This document shows, in pieces, positions 15,422 to 30,689 of a DNA stretch of 64,000 nt. Every line of letters starts with the position of its first letter. Within the stretch, counting starts at the first letter, position 1. The position numbers and the translations under genes were made by a program. This DNA comes from Octopus vulgaris (taxonomy: Eukaryota), in NCBI GenBank assembly GCA_951406725.2, contig OX597814.1:100254001-100318000 (forward strand), in the 5' to 3' direction. Below the pieces are notes generated by a model, which saw nothing but the letters and a program-made list of their open reading frames with translations, had not been told where the DNA came from and searched no databases.

Positions 15422-16418
15422 CTGTATATGGATATATGTGTGTATGATGCTTTTACGATTATTATTTGTTGTTTGTTTTTTTTTTTGTTATTTTTTGTCC
15501 AATTTTGTTCTTCGCTTTAGTTGTTTCAGGCTTGTTGATTGGTTTGTCAGACGAGCTAAGGTGCAAGACAGCAAACAGCTTGTCTCGTCTCTATTTCATA
15601 TAGATCTGCTTACTCCTGCTGCTTTTGCTACCGCTGCTGATATGAATCTCTCTCTCTCTCCCTCTCCCTCTCTCTATCTATCTATTTAAAGCTTCATTTC
15701 TCCCAACCTTTCTCTCTACATATATCTGCCTCTCACTCTAACTCATTCGCTTGCTCTCTATTCCTCCGATTTTCCATTCCTTATCACGCTGGCTTTTTCA
15801 CCCTCTGTCCCAAACGCTTGTCTTACATACAAATATACATACTTAGGTACATATATCGAAACACACACATACTTACATATATCCACGCATATACATACGC
15901 ATACATATACACATATATGCCTTCATTGATAATTACGCTCATGTATAGATACACATAAAAAACTTACGAACATACTTGTGTAGTTACGTACGTACACACG
16001 TAGACTCTCCGACACATACGAACGTGAATACAGGGCCTATATACATACAAAAATATGACACACAATATACATACATTAATCTATCCATCCAACCATCCAT
16101 CCATCCATCCATCTATACATACATGCATACAACACATACATGCATACAACACATACAGACACATACACACATACACACATACAGACAAACACACGTACAT
16201 GCATACATGCATGCATATATACATACATACAAAGTTTCTCTTCCATAATATCTTTGTTATCAATATAATTGTAAACTCATTTTCATTTATACACTTGTCC
16301 TATTACAAGTAGTAAATTTTCTTTATTCATTTCTCATTTGTCTTTAATATAACTTCTATATCACTCTATCTCTTTTCCGTTCGCCGTTCGTTTGTGCATT
16401 TGCTATACATTTTTTAAA

Positions 16419-16497
<79 letters not shown>

Positions 16498-16636
16498 ATA
16501 TGTATGTATGTATGTATGTATGTACGTATGTATACTTACATGTGATTCCTGAATTCATAAAGAATATGTTTATTATAAATATGCGTGTGTATCTGTCATG
16601 TAGATATATATGCGTGTGTATATGTGTGCGTATATA

Positions 16637-16679
<43 letters not shown>

Positions 16680-16773
16680 CATGTTTATATTTTGCGTACT
16701 TGTATGCAAATATGTATATACATGCATATAAATGTATGTATATATCTATATGTATATGCATAAACATGCACGT

Positions 16774-16861
<88 letters not shown>

Positions 16862-17173
16862 CATGCCTAATACATACCCATACATACATATGCTTTTATT
16901 CTTTTACTTGTTTCATTCATTTGACTACGGCCATGCAGGAGCAACGCCTTAAGGTGCTTTTTAGTTGAAGTCATCGACTCCCAGAACTTATTCTTTGGCT
17001 GCTTAGTACTTATTCTATCGGGCTCCTTGGCTGAACCGTTAAGTTACGGGGATGCAAACACAGCAACATCGGTTATCAAGAAGTGATGGTGCGACAAGCA
17101 CATATACATAGCTGAAGAGACACGAAAGACATATACACATACACATATATACAAACACACACATACACACGTG

Positions 17174-17206
<33 letters not shown>

Positions 17207-17322
17207 ATATATGTGTGTGTGTGTGAGTATATATATATATACAGAGAGAAAGGAGAAAGAGATAGATAGATAGATATTGATATATAAATACATACATACA
17301 CACACAAACACACATACACACG

Positions 17323-17381
<59 letters not shown>

Positions 17382-17434
17382 GTATATGTAAAAAAACACA
17401 AACTGGGACAAGAACGCTAAACATTTAGAACACG

Positions 17435-17598
<164 letters not shown>

Positions 17599-18660
17599 CC
17601 AGTATGCATAACTGCATACGCGCAGCATACACACACCTATATAAGATATATGAATATATTTATATACGTATGTGTGTATATATATATATGTATATATGTA
17701 TATATATATAATCTTCTCCATGCATACAAACATACATACACACATACATGTTACAATAACAAAATCTGCTATGTATTTTAATACATATGATTTTCGTATT
17801 CACACGCTGTATTTTCCCTGTTTTTTTGGGGTTTTTTTTCAATATTATAACTAATATTTAAATTCGAACCCTACAGAACTTTTACACTGGAGAATGAGCC
17901 GTTTGTTTGGATGCGTACAAGAGACAATTGAATAGTCATAATAATTACTATTAAATTTACTAATTAATTGCTAAACATCTTTTACATCTTAACACAGAGA
18001 GCAGATTCGTTAAAGCCGCTGCCAAAATCATTTCTTTTCTTAATCCATCCATTTCTTCCAGGATCCTCAACCATCGGGCCACTGACCAGTACTGAGTTGT
18101 GTATCATTTTCTACTGAGCCACAAAGAGAAAAAGAAATTCAGTGTTTTTTTTTTACTATTTCTTATTCTTTTAAGATCGGAGTATACAGGATGTTTTTGA
18201 TTTAAGTGTATTATTTACGAAATAATTAAATTATATATTAACCACTTAATTGTGTTTCGTTATGATTATCATACTTCGGTCTGTGGAAAATTTTTTGCGA
18301 TACACAATACGAGGATGACGGCTCTGGTACATTATAAGTTCAAACAGTCAAAAATACATATTACTGTTTCAACGTTTTTATGTGGATAAAATAGTGTATT
18401 CTGCGTAATTAACTTACTTGGGTTGGCACTATCAATAGACATCGAACCCTTAAATTTAGGTATTGTATACATGTAGGAAATTATTTGAGCCGCGATTAAA
18501 TTAAATTTATTAATATTATTAAGTTTCCTACAGAAATAATCATCACAAACATAAGCACCCCCATCCATACACACAAATATACATATATATGCACAGACAC
18601 ATACTTATATATATTTATATAAATATATACATACATGTACATATATATGCTTATATACAT

Positions 18661-18727
<67 letters not shown>

Positions 18728-19132
18728 TACAAATATATAGATGTATATATATATATATATATAAACAAATACACACGCGCACACACTTTTATAAAGATAT
18801 GCTTTGTTAGGTTCATTATAATTTTGCACGCGCAAAACGTGCTACAAAAAGAAAATGTTCAGAACAACTTTTGCTGTCATTTATGCATGAGTCTGTGCGT
18901 GTGTGTGCATCTTTACACATACACACGCACATACACATAACCGGACAAACACGCGCGCGCGCAAACGGACTAATTAGTGGAGTTTTATGTATATATATAT
19001 ATATATATACATATGTATGTATATATGTATGTACGTGTACGTGTATATCATTGTGTGTGAATGTATGTCTATGTGTATTTGTTTTTGTATAATTTATAAC
19101 AATAGAAATATGTGTCAATCCAACAATATATG

Positions 19133-19192
<60 letters not shown>

Positions 19193-19245
19193 AATATGTG
19201 TGTTTTGTGTATGTATGTTTGTACATATATGTATCTACATATAGA

Positions 19246-19284
<39 letters not shown>

Positions 19285-19353
19285 TTGTGTTTATACATAA
19301 TATATATGTATATATAATATACATACGTATATATATGTGTATATATATGTGTA

Positions 19354-19430
<77 letters not shown>

Positions 19431-19944
19431 TATGTATATATATATATGTCTTATATAGGAAATTAGAATGATCAAGATATATACTATAATGTTATGATGT
19501 TCAATAGCTTACAGCTGTTTCTGCTTCCTGTATGATGCAAAGTCTAATGTTTGAATATCAAACTTCATCTTCACGCATACATACACATGCACACACACAC
19601 ACACACACGTGCATACACACGTGCATACACACACACGTGCATACACACACATGCATAAATATACACAAATACACACAAATATGTATGTGTACTTTTTGTT
19701 TTATACATCTTTTACATGCTTGTCCGTGTGGTTTTCTTTTCATTTCTGTTACTTTTACCTCAGTATTTCACTTCATATAACAGTTATGACCATTGATCCT
19801 ACAACAATTTAAAAAAGGCCATTTAAGAAGACCATTTCTGTTACATATGTGTAAATGAATGTGTGTGTGAATGTTGGTAAGTGCGTATCTGTCTATGAGT
19901 GTGTGTGTGCGTGAGTAGACACATACACATTTAAATAGATAGCA

Positions 19945-20051
<107 letters not shown>

Positions 20052-20250
20052 GATAGATAGATAGATAGATAGATAGATTTAAACACGTATACACGCACAC
20101 GTATTCCAGACACTAAATACTTGAAAAATAAATATGAATATACAAACATACATATTTGCATTCATACACTAATATATACATAAACATACATGCATACAAA
20201 CGTACATATACCTGTGGGTGTGTGGGTGTATATATATATGGATATATGTA

Positions 20251-20295
<45 letters not shown>

Positions 20296-20461
20296 TATAT
20301 GCACATATATATATATATATATACATATATATGTACATACATATGTATATATACATTTATATATGTATGTATATATGCATGTATATATAGATATATACAT
20401 ATATACATCTGTGTATATATGTATATATTCATGTATATATATATATTCACATATATGTTTG

Positions 20462-20529
<68 letters not shown>

Positions 20530-20617
20530 CATATGTATATATAGATTTACAAATGTACATACATTCCTGTTTTTATGTATTTCATGTTTGTTTGCACTGT
20601 TGGTGTTTGTTTGCACT

Positions 20618-20909
20618 GCAATCATAATCCATTCAATCATGGTGACATCCTATAACAGACACACTATGTAATATTCTCGGATACAGGAACTTGTAATTAA
20701 CTAACCAATTAATTAAACGCGAACGTTAAAACGTCCCAGCCTCGTATCACAAAATAATTATTACGTAGCATAGTAAAAGTTCTTGAAAATTTTTCACGAA
20801 ATTACACACACACACACACGCACCCCCCCACCCCGCCGCCACACACACGCATATACACACACACACAAACACACACACATACGCGCAAACACTTAAATCT
20901 ATCTTCCTT

Positions 20910-20964
<55 letters not shown>

Positions 20965-21140
20965 GCATATATAAATATATACGAAGCATTATAAACATAT
21001 ATATATATATACACACATGTACAGATATATGTATATTTTATTTATATTTATATATGTATATATATATATATATATATGTTTATAATGCAGATATTGCGTA
21101 TATATTTATATATGCATGCATATATGTTTATAATGCTTGC

Positions 21141-21213
<73 letters not shown>

Positions 21214-21562
21214 GATAGATTTAAGTGTTTGCGCGTATGTGTGTGTGTTTGTGTGTGTGTGTGTATATGCGTGTGTGTGGCGGCGGGGTGGGGGGGGTGC
21301 GTGTGTGTGTGTGTGTAATTTCGTGAAAAATTTTCAAGAACTTTTACTATGCTACGTAATAATTATTTTGTGATACGAGGCTGGGACGTTTTAACGTTCG
21401 CGTTTAATTAATTGGTTAGTTAATTACAAGTTCCTGTATCCGAGGCCAATATTACATAGAACTAACGAAATACTGAAGTCTGCTTATTAGACTACACGTT
21501 TGATAGACAATACGCGCTGAATTAAATAACATACCGTCTATGATTGAATGGATTATGATTGC
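20618..21562. repeat. Long inverted repeat (fold-back)
   Basis: 20664-~21000 is the near-perfect reverse complement of ~21076-21459, including embedded microsatellites. An outer 23-bp pair lies at 20618-20640 / 21540-21562. Confidence 0.9.
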
Positions 21563-22066
21563 GAATAATAGTTTTTGCTTTTATTATATTTCGTGTATGT
21601 TCTGCATTATGTTATGTCCAACATTCGTCACTACTACATATCTTGACAGGGATACTCAGGTACCGTTCTTATATATGCATCTGAACATACTGTAATTCAA
21701 AGAAGATATAGAAACAAATGTATAGTCACAGATGGAATCCGAGGCAGCGGTTAACGCAGAAAACAATGAAACACACACGCACATACATACACAAAGATGA
21801 ATTCGTTAATTCAATGGAAGTCCTTTACTTTCACACCTGACTAAATGTATATTTACACACATGCACACACATGTATACACACACACACACACACACACAT
21901 AAATATACCAAAGCCGTGTTATATATACAAATACATAATAGTTCAAATCAAAGATATACATAAAAATTACCATGTGGGAGTGCGTGAGCACGTCTGTGTG
22001 CGTGTTTGTATATACATATGTATGTATGCATATATATGTATATATATATGTATTTATATATATATA

Positions 22067-22167
<101 letters not shown>

Positions 22168-22171
22168 CATG

Positions 22172-22248
<77 letters not shown>

Positions 22249-22433
22249 ATATATATATATATATACATATATATATACACATATATATATGCATATATAC
22301 ATGTATGTATATATGCATATACGTATATATATATATGTATATATATATGTTTATATACATATACACACACACATATATATATATACATGTATATTTATAT
22401 ATATATGTATATATATATGTATATATATATATC

Positions 22434-22482
<49 letters not shown>

Positions 22483-22544
22483 TTATATATATGGAGGGAA
22501 AGTGAAAGCGAAATAAAAGTATGCCTATATCTTTATTGTTTCTT

Positions 22545-22940
22545 TTTCTATTCACTAGTTTCAATCCTTATACATCAGTCATGCTGGGTCACCACCTTGG
22601 AGAATTTTCTAGCCTTATTGTTTCAGCCTGGTACTTATTCCATGAGTCCCTTGCCAAACTGCTAAGTTACACGGACGTAAACATATCAGCATTGGTTGTC
22701 AAAAGCTGATGGGGGAATACCACAGATACAATCACACACGCACATGCACACATATATACACACGCAGAAATATATATGATTTTATAGGGCGGGCTTCTTT
22801 CCGTTTCCGTCTACCAAGTTCACCCACAAGGCCCGAAGCTATAACCGAAGACATTCGCCCAAGTTGCCACACAGCGGGACTGAACCCGGAACCTTGTGGT
22901 TGGGAACCAAGCTTCTTACCACACAGCCACGCCTGCGCCT
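22545..22940 (-). mobile_element. SINE family A copy (diverged)
   Basis: Ends cttcttaccacacagccacgcctgcgcc, the reverse complement of the family A tRNA-like head. Confidence 0.75.
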
Positions 22941-23577
22941 ATGCATATGTAAATATATTTATGCATATATATGTATGTACACACAAACACACTCACGCAC
23001 ACCCATACACACGCATACACATATTCCTATGTGTACATAAATATATATGCTCATACACGCTCACGCACACACAAATATATAAATATACGTATCCACATAT
23101 GTGTGTATGGACGTGTGTGTGTGTGCACGTGTGCGTATCGGTATGCACATATACATTTGTACGTTTGAATGTGTTCAAGTGTGTGTGTGTGTATTCGTGT
23201 ATATCTATGAATTTCTCACTAAATCTCAAAATTTCTAAATCCCTTCCTCACGCATTATCTCCTCTCACCCTCACTCTCCCAGCTCTCCTCTCCTTCTATT
23301 GTCATCTCATACACAACCATGAATGATATTCGATTGCACACATCGGTCATTACCCATTTTTCTGGGTCCATTTCATAGAAGGTGCTTCATTTGTTTTGCA
23401 TTGACTTCATTATGAGGATACAGTGGTGTTTAGTTTCTTTATGTTACTCATGTTATTAAGCAACAAGCCGTACTCCTTAAAGTGTGCGTTAGAAGATATA
23501 CGTGTACATGGCTGTATGTATGAATGAATGTAGGTATGTGTATATATTTACACATATACAAACACGTGTACATATAC

Positions 23578-23639
<62 letters not shown>

Positions 23640-23649
23640 TACAAACTTG

Positions 23650-23709
<60 letters not shown>

Positions 23710-23713
23710 AGCG

Positions 23714-23780
23714 TTCCCATGCCGGGAATCGAACCCGGGCCGCCTGAGTAAAATACAGGAATCCTAACCACTAGGCCACG
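23714..23780 (-). pseudogene. tRNA-Glu-derived pseudogene (5' acceptor strand replaced by (TA)n, anticodon arm mutated)
   Basis: Minus strand gtggcctagtggttaggattcctgtattttactcaggcggcccgggttcgattcccggcatgggaa closely follows eukaryotic tRNA-Glu(TTC). The 5' TCCCA is missing and the anticodon position reads TTT. Confidence 0.75.
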
Positions 23781-24062
23781 TATATATATATATATATTTA
23801 CATATGCATAGGCGCAGGCGTGGCTGTGTGGTAAGAAGCTTGGCTCCCAACCACAAGGCTCCGAGTTCATTTGGGCGAATGTCTTCTGTTATATACACAC
23901 ACGAATACACCCACACATAAATGTATACCATTATAGCTATATGATATATATATATATACCGGAGTAAACACATAAATGTGAAACAAGCTGGAAAAAAGAG
24001 TACTCAAATACCAGTGGTAGAGTAATATGCTTTATTTAAAGCAGCAGAAAATTCAACAAAAT

Positions 24063-24100
24063 CTGTTACTCTGAGTTTCTCGTTGCCGTTCATCAGACAG
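24063..24100 (-). ncRNA. Minimal type I hammerhead ribozyme
   Basis: ctgt-CTGATGA-a-cg(gcaa)cg-a-GAAA-ctcagag-TA-acag: complete core, stem I ctgt/acag, short stem II, near-palindromic stem III. Confidence 0.75.
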
Positions 24101-24116
24101 TTTTTTCTAACAAAAA

Positions 24117-24154
24117 CTGTCTGATGAACGGCAACGAGAAACTCAGAGTAACAT
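24117..24154 (+). ncRNA. Minimal type I hammerhead ribozyme (mirror copy, one stem I mismatch)
   Basis: ctgt-CTGATGA-acggcaacga-GAAA-ctcagag-TA-acat. Confidence 0.65.
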
Positions 24155-24187
24155 ATTTTGTTGAATTTTCTGCTGCTTTAAATAAAG

Positions 24188-24218
<31 letters not shown>

Positions 24219-24940
24219 ATATAAAAAACTGGGATATCAAAGAAAAAAAGATAATGTTATGTACTTCATTATCTTATTGATGTTTCTGTTATAAGGTGCT
24301 ATGAACTCATAGTTGAGCGCTTGAGAATCACCCTGTAACTTCGTCGGAGATTCAAAAAGGCACCTTATTAGCAGAAACAGTTCTAAGCTGATGAAGTTCA
24401 TAGCATAATTGCTTATACCTTTGTTATCCCAATTTCTTATCGCCTGATTGAACTCAACGGATGCTTCATACTCAGCGCTATGTATACTGAGTTCTGACAC
24501 CGATTTATAAGCAACGGAGCAACTGAGGGAAATATTAAGATTTATATAATACATAAAAATATATATTACACACACACACTCACACACACAGACACACACA
24601 CACACACACACATATGTATATGTGTGTGTGTGTACATGAAGTAATATGTATATACATGAATGTGGAGGCGTGTGGTTTAGTGGTTCCGATGCATTGTGTT
24701 AAAAATGAGTAACCCTGCGTGGGAGCGATGTCACGTCCAACGGGAGTCACAGAATATGGGAAACAGGCAGAATGAGTCTGGCACGAGAAAGGCCTTTAAT
24801 ACTTTTCGTATAACATGTATCATAAGTACAACTTTATGGATGTACATATATATGTGTGTGTGTGTGTGTGTATGTATACATATATATACATATATATATA
24901 TATACACACATGTATATATGTGTATATGCATCTATATATA

Positions 24941-24974
<34 letters not shown>

Positions 24975-25308
24975 TATATCTGTATGTATGTATATATGTG
25001 TGTATAATTAATATTCACACACACACACACGCATATTTATATATGTTTATATATATGCATATATATAATACACATTTATAAGTACATGTACCTTTAAGCA
25101 TATGTATTCATAATATACCTCTTTAACGTTAAACATATGTACCTATATATTGTATAAAGGATCGTGGGTAAGACCAAAACAATGCGAAGTAAATGCAGGG
25201 TAAGTCACAAGAAAGCAAATATGTGAATTAATGTAGACTTACCTTGTATTCAATATTTCGGGATTATGATCCAATTTTCAAGAAATCGACGAATGTTGCC
25301 GATGTGTG

Positions 25309-25430
<122 letters not shown>

Positions 25431-25886
25431 TATATATATATATACACACACATATATATACACATATGTATAATGTGTATTTGTGAGTGTATGTACATGA
25501 AGTAATATGTATATACATGTATGTGGAGGCGTGTCGTTTAGTGGTTCCGATCCCTGGACGGGACGATACCTTGTGTTAAAAATGAGTAATCCTACGTAGG
25601 AGCGACGTCACGTCCAGCGGAGACTACATCGGCCACATCGACCACATTGGCCACATTCGTCGATTTCTTGAGAATGGGGTCATAACCCGAAATACTGAAT
25701 TTGTTTTTTTGTGATTTACCTTGCATTTGCTTCGCATTGTTTTGACCTTATCCACGATCTTTTATACAATATATTCTACACAATGCTTCTTAGTAATTAT
25801 TCCATTATAATGTGTATATATATAACTCTATAACATATTTATTATATGTATACATGTATATATGTATGTATGTATATATACATCCA

Positions 25887-26396
<510 letters not shown>

Positions 26397-26483
26397 TATA
26401 TATATATACACAATTCAACAAATAAAACATATGCATACATACATACATATATGTACATACCTACATCTATATGTATATATACA

Positions 26484-26543
<60 letters not shown>

Positions 26544-27130
26544 TACAGGACACCACAAATAAACGTAGAACACAACGAAAAACGAAAACATAAGAACAAA
26601 CAGGGAAGCAGAGACTTTTTTTAGCAACGAAAAAACAGGGTACAAGACAAACAATACAAGGAATATTCCCCTTCATCAGCTGTCCCTGGTTCGACTCAAT
26701 GCGTGTTTCGAATACATACATACACACACACATATATATGTATATAAACGCACACATACAGAAACATATATATGCATGTATGCGCGTGTAAATGTATATG
26801 CACGTATGTGTGTAACATGTGTATCTTTGATTATATAATTCCCAGAAGACGGCATCCCAATATGGCATTAATATATTATCATATATTCGACATCCTTGTC
26901 TCAAACGAATGCATGTTCTGCAGGGCACAGCTGATCAGCGTTCTCACTTCAATGTTTTACCGTGTCAGTTCATATGAGAATTTTGATCTATGCAGGATTT
27001 ACAGATCCCGTTGTAGGAGTTGCAGACATAACAGACGTGGTCACCGTAGACTACACCTGTCTCTATGCTGAACTTTTTCTCCTCAAAGTACAAAGCGTAC
27101 TATATTGTAACACTTAATCATCTCCTATAA

Positions 27131-27420
27131 GGCCTAGTGGTTAGAGCAGCGGACTCGCGGTCGTGTAATCGCGGTTTCGAATCTCAGACCGAGCAGTGTG
27201 TGTGTTTATGAGCGAAACACCTAAGCTCCACGCAGCTCTGGCAGAAGATAATGGCGAACCTCTGCTGACTTTTTCGCCACAACTTTCTCTCACTCTTTCC
27301 TCCTGCATCGTGCAGCTCACCTGCGACTCACCAGCGTCCCGTCCAGGTGGGGAACCTATTCGCCAAAGAAACCGGGAAACCGGTCCTTATGAATCAGGCG
27401 TGGCTCGAGAAGGAACAAAC
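27131..27420 (+). mobile_element. SINE with family B head and a different 3' half
   Basis: ggcctagtggttagagcagcggactcgcggtcg...ggtttcgaatctc head as in 43347; diverges after ctctcactctttc; A-rich tail. Confidence 0.7.
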
Positions 27421-27664
27421 GAACAAAAAAAAAAAAAAACAGGGCTCAGTATACGTAATATTTAGAATGAAGTTTTGACTGAGTATGGGACAGTAATAAT
27501 AACACGTGACAAAGATATAAGATATATGATGCTGTGGATTTATATTTAAGTGACGGAATAACACCTTACAGCTTTATAGGACCCTCGAAGATGAAGGGAA
27601 ATTTATTTGCGTGAGAATTACATTTGTGCCTTTATAGGGAACGGCATCGAGAGTTCAATGTAAT

Positions 27665-27948
27665 CCGATCAACGAATCAGCCGGCTCGTAAAATTAACTT
27701 GCATTTGACTGAACACTCCATAGATACGTTTCCCCTTAAGTAGCTCTAAGGAGATTCGACGTGAAACAGCGTGTGACAATGCTGGCTTTTTTAAAATGCA
27801 AGTACTACTCGTTTTTGCTAGCTGAGTGGACTGGAGCAACGAGGAAGGAAGTGTCTTGCTCAAGGACACAACGCGTTGACGGATATTGAACTCACAACCT
27901 TGAGATCATGAGCCGAATTCCCTAACCAATAAGCCACGCGCATTCACA
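27665..27948 (-). mobile_element. SINE family C copy
   Basis: Reverse complement of the 29923-30240 type (gcgcgtggctta-tggttaggg, tgtccttgagcaagacact, ccagtccactcagct). Confidence 0.75.
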
Positions 27949-28362
27949 GGGAACGCCATTAACAATGGTAAATAAGAAATTTTAATTAATATTGCTGATG
28001 GCTGACAGAATACTATACAAGTAAATTTGGCCGTTTGTAAACATGCTTTAGCTTCTCAGTTCGGTCACGTCCTGCAATCGTTCGATCGTCATAGATACAG
28101 TGATCGGTGCAACTGAGTATGCCAAATGGATGGTACTTAGCGTGGCCGCAGCGGAATAGCTTAATCCACGGAGATAATTAAGATCGGTATCCCAAAACTT
28201 CCGACATAATTCCAGCGCCATGACAGGTTTCGTCTGCTTTGATAAATATGTGTGGTTTTATGCACAGGGCGCCTGCATGAGAGTATTTCTCAATGCTGAT
28301 AACCCAATATTCAGAGTCACAGACATAGATAGATAAATAGATAGATAGTTAAACATACATAA

Positions 28363-28412
<50 letters not shown>

Positions 28413-28539
28413 ATATAAACATGGGGAGTTATAATTATACTTATATACATACACACATATATGCATATATATATATGCATGTATGTGTATATGTATATAT
28501 GTATGTTTATATATTTACGTATTTTTATATATATGTATA

Positions 28540-28586
<47 letters not shown>

Positions 28587-28638
28587 GTATATATGTATGT
28601 ATATATATATATATACATACATATATATGTAAGTATAT

Positions 28639-28700
<62 letters not shown>

Positions 28701-29108
28701 CACAAACACACCTATAAGTACATGTGCTTATTACATCGACAATTGATGAACACATATGAGTTACCTCCCAGCGCGGGACAGTTACTCGTAAGGAGAGCAG
28801 TCCGCTTGAAATCCGTAAATGTGTGTGCGATAATACATGTGTGTGTGTGTGTATGTGCGCATGTGAATGTTTGCGAAAAATCTGTGTTTGTGTGAGTGCG
28901 TGTTCTTGTGTAGCTATTGGTAATTGGAATGTAGTTAATTTGCTTTTGTAATGTATCTTCTATTGTTATATCTAGTCTTCTTTCTATCCTGCTTGCATTC
29001 GTTGATGAATGTGTCGTGACGCCTAGACTTAGTTTTGCCGTATAGGGAAGTCACATTACAGTCTTAAAATATCGTACAAACGCTTTCTCTTTCCTTCTTA
29101 CTCTCTCC

Positions 29109-29146
<38 letters not shown>

Positions 29147-29470
29147 ACACACACACACACACATAGACACAAATACATACAGAAACAAATACATACACAC
29201 CGAACACACACACACCACACACACAAAAGAAAGATATCAATGTTATATACATATATACAGGCATGCATACCATACATACATGCATGTATACATACATGCA
29301 TACATACATACACACATACATACACACATACATATACATAAATATATACATACATACAGACAAACGGATAGAGCAGTAGACAGACAGACAGATAGATAGA
29401 TAGATAGGTAGATAGATAAATAGATAGATATATAGATAGATAGATAGAGAGAGAGAGAGAAAGAGAGAGA

Positions 29471-29647
29471 TTTCTTTATTGGCCACGCAGGGCTATACAC
29501 AAAAGGGACAAAATACAAAGTAAAGCTTTTCTTTTGGGGAAGAAGAGAAGGGGGAAAAGAGGGAGCGAATTCCGATCTAAAGGGATCGTGAAAAAAAAGG
29601 GAGGGGGGATTCCGATCAAAAGGGATCTTGAAAAAAGTGGGGCCGAT
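29471..29647 (-). mobile_element. 3' UTR fragment of an L1/Tx1-type LINE (same family as 50140-51013)
   Basis: tttctttattggccacgcagggct...gggacaaaataca...cgatcaaaagggatc is shared with 50140-50270 and abuts (GA)n/(GATA)n. Confidence 0.7.
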
Positions 29648-29922
29648 GGATAGATCCACACATATACATGTACACATAATTTCTGAAAAATAAAGACGAA
29701 TGTGTTGTCTGATATTGGTTACAATGGTTCCAGTAGGACTCATCCTTTACATACTCATAATACAATTAGATTGTGTATATGTTAGAAATTCCGCAACTCA
29801 TCAAGCTACCGAATAAATTAGTTACTGTATTTTGTTATGAAAGATCTGTCTGGCTGCGAACTGGTAGGTGTGAAGACACCAAGTCACTAGACGCGTTTTC
29901 TTACCCAGTTAGTAAAAGCAGT

Positions 29923-30240
29923 GAGGGCGCGTGGCTTAGTGGTTAGGGCATTCGGCTCATGATCGTAAGGTTGTGAGTTCGATTCCCGGCGACGCGTTGT
30001 GTCCTTGAGCAAGACACTTTATTTCACGTTGTTCCAGTCCACTCAGCTGGCAAAAATGAGTTGTACTTGTATTTCAAAGGGTCAGCCTTGTCACTCTCTG
30101 TGTCACGCTGATTATCCCCGAGAACTACGCTAAGGGTACACGTGTCTGTGGAATGCTCAGCCATTTGCACGTTAATTTCACGAGCAAGCTGTTCCGTTGA
30201 TCGTATCAGCTGGGACCCACGTCGTCGTAACCGGCGGAGT
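29923..30240 (+). mobile_element. SINE family C, full length
   Basis: A box tggcttagtgg, B box gagttcgattcc, central tgtccttgagcaagacact block. Confidence 0.8.
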
Positions 30241-30689
30241 CTTTTTTTTTTTTTAAGTAAAAGCATACCTCCTCTAATACAGTAACAAGCGTACCATTTC
30301 AGAGTTGTTATCGCCTCCTAAGTACTAGACACCGGAAAGGTAGACGCTGCGAAGTGATATGAGAGACTGGTCTCTCTTATTATATTCCCGTTATTATATT
30401 ATGACTGGTTGCGCTAATCGGTAGCTCACCGTAAATGAAATACGGAGTACAAGCGTTAAACAGTGATATGTATGAATGAATACAGACTTGATATCATTTC
30501 AAGTATGCTTGAACCATATTCGAACTTGTAAGAAAACCATTCACTATATTTTGTCACGGAGGAAATTTGTCACTGTAATCTAATTTCGCAACGCTCTCTA
30601 GTTAGACTGGTTATACACAACACTGCTCATTGCTTGTATTCCGTATTATATTTACTGTAAACCACCCATTAGCGATGTTAACTCCGAAA

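Larger units (their letters stand above)
23959..24187. mobile_element. Short PLE pLTR-type remnant forming a 158-bp palindrome, inserted in (TA)n
   Basis: Arms 24030-24105 and 24112-24187 are near-perfect reverse complements, with a 71-bp unpaired extension on the left and (TA)n on both flanks. Contains hammerhead motifs. Confidence 0.75.
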
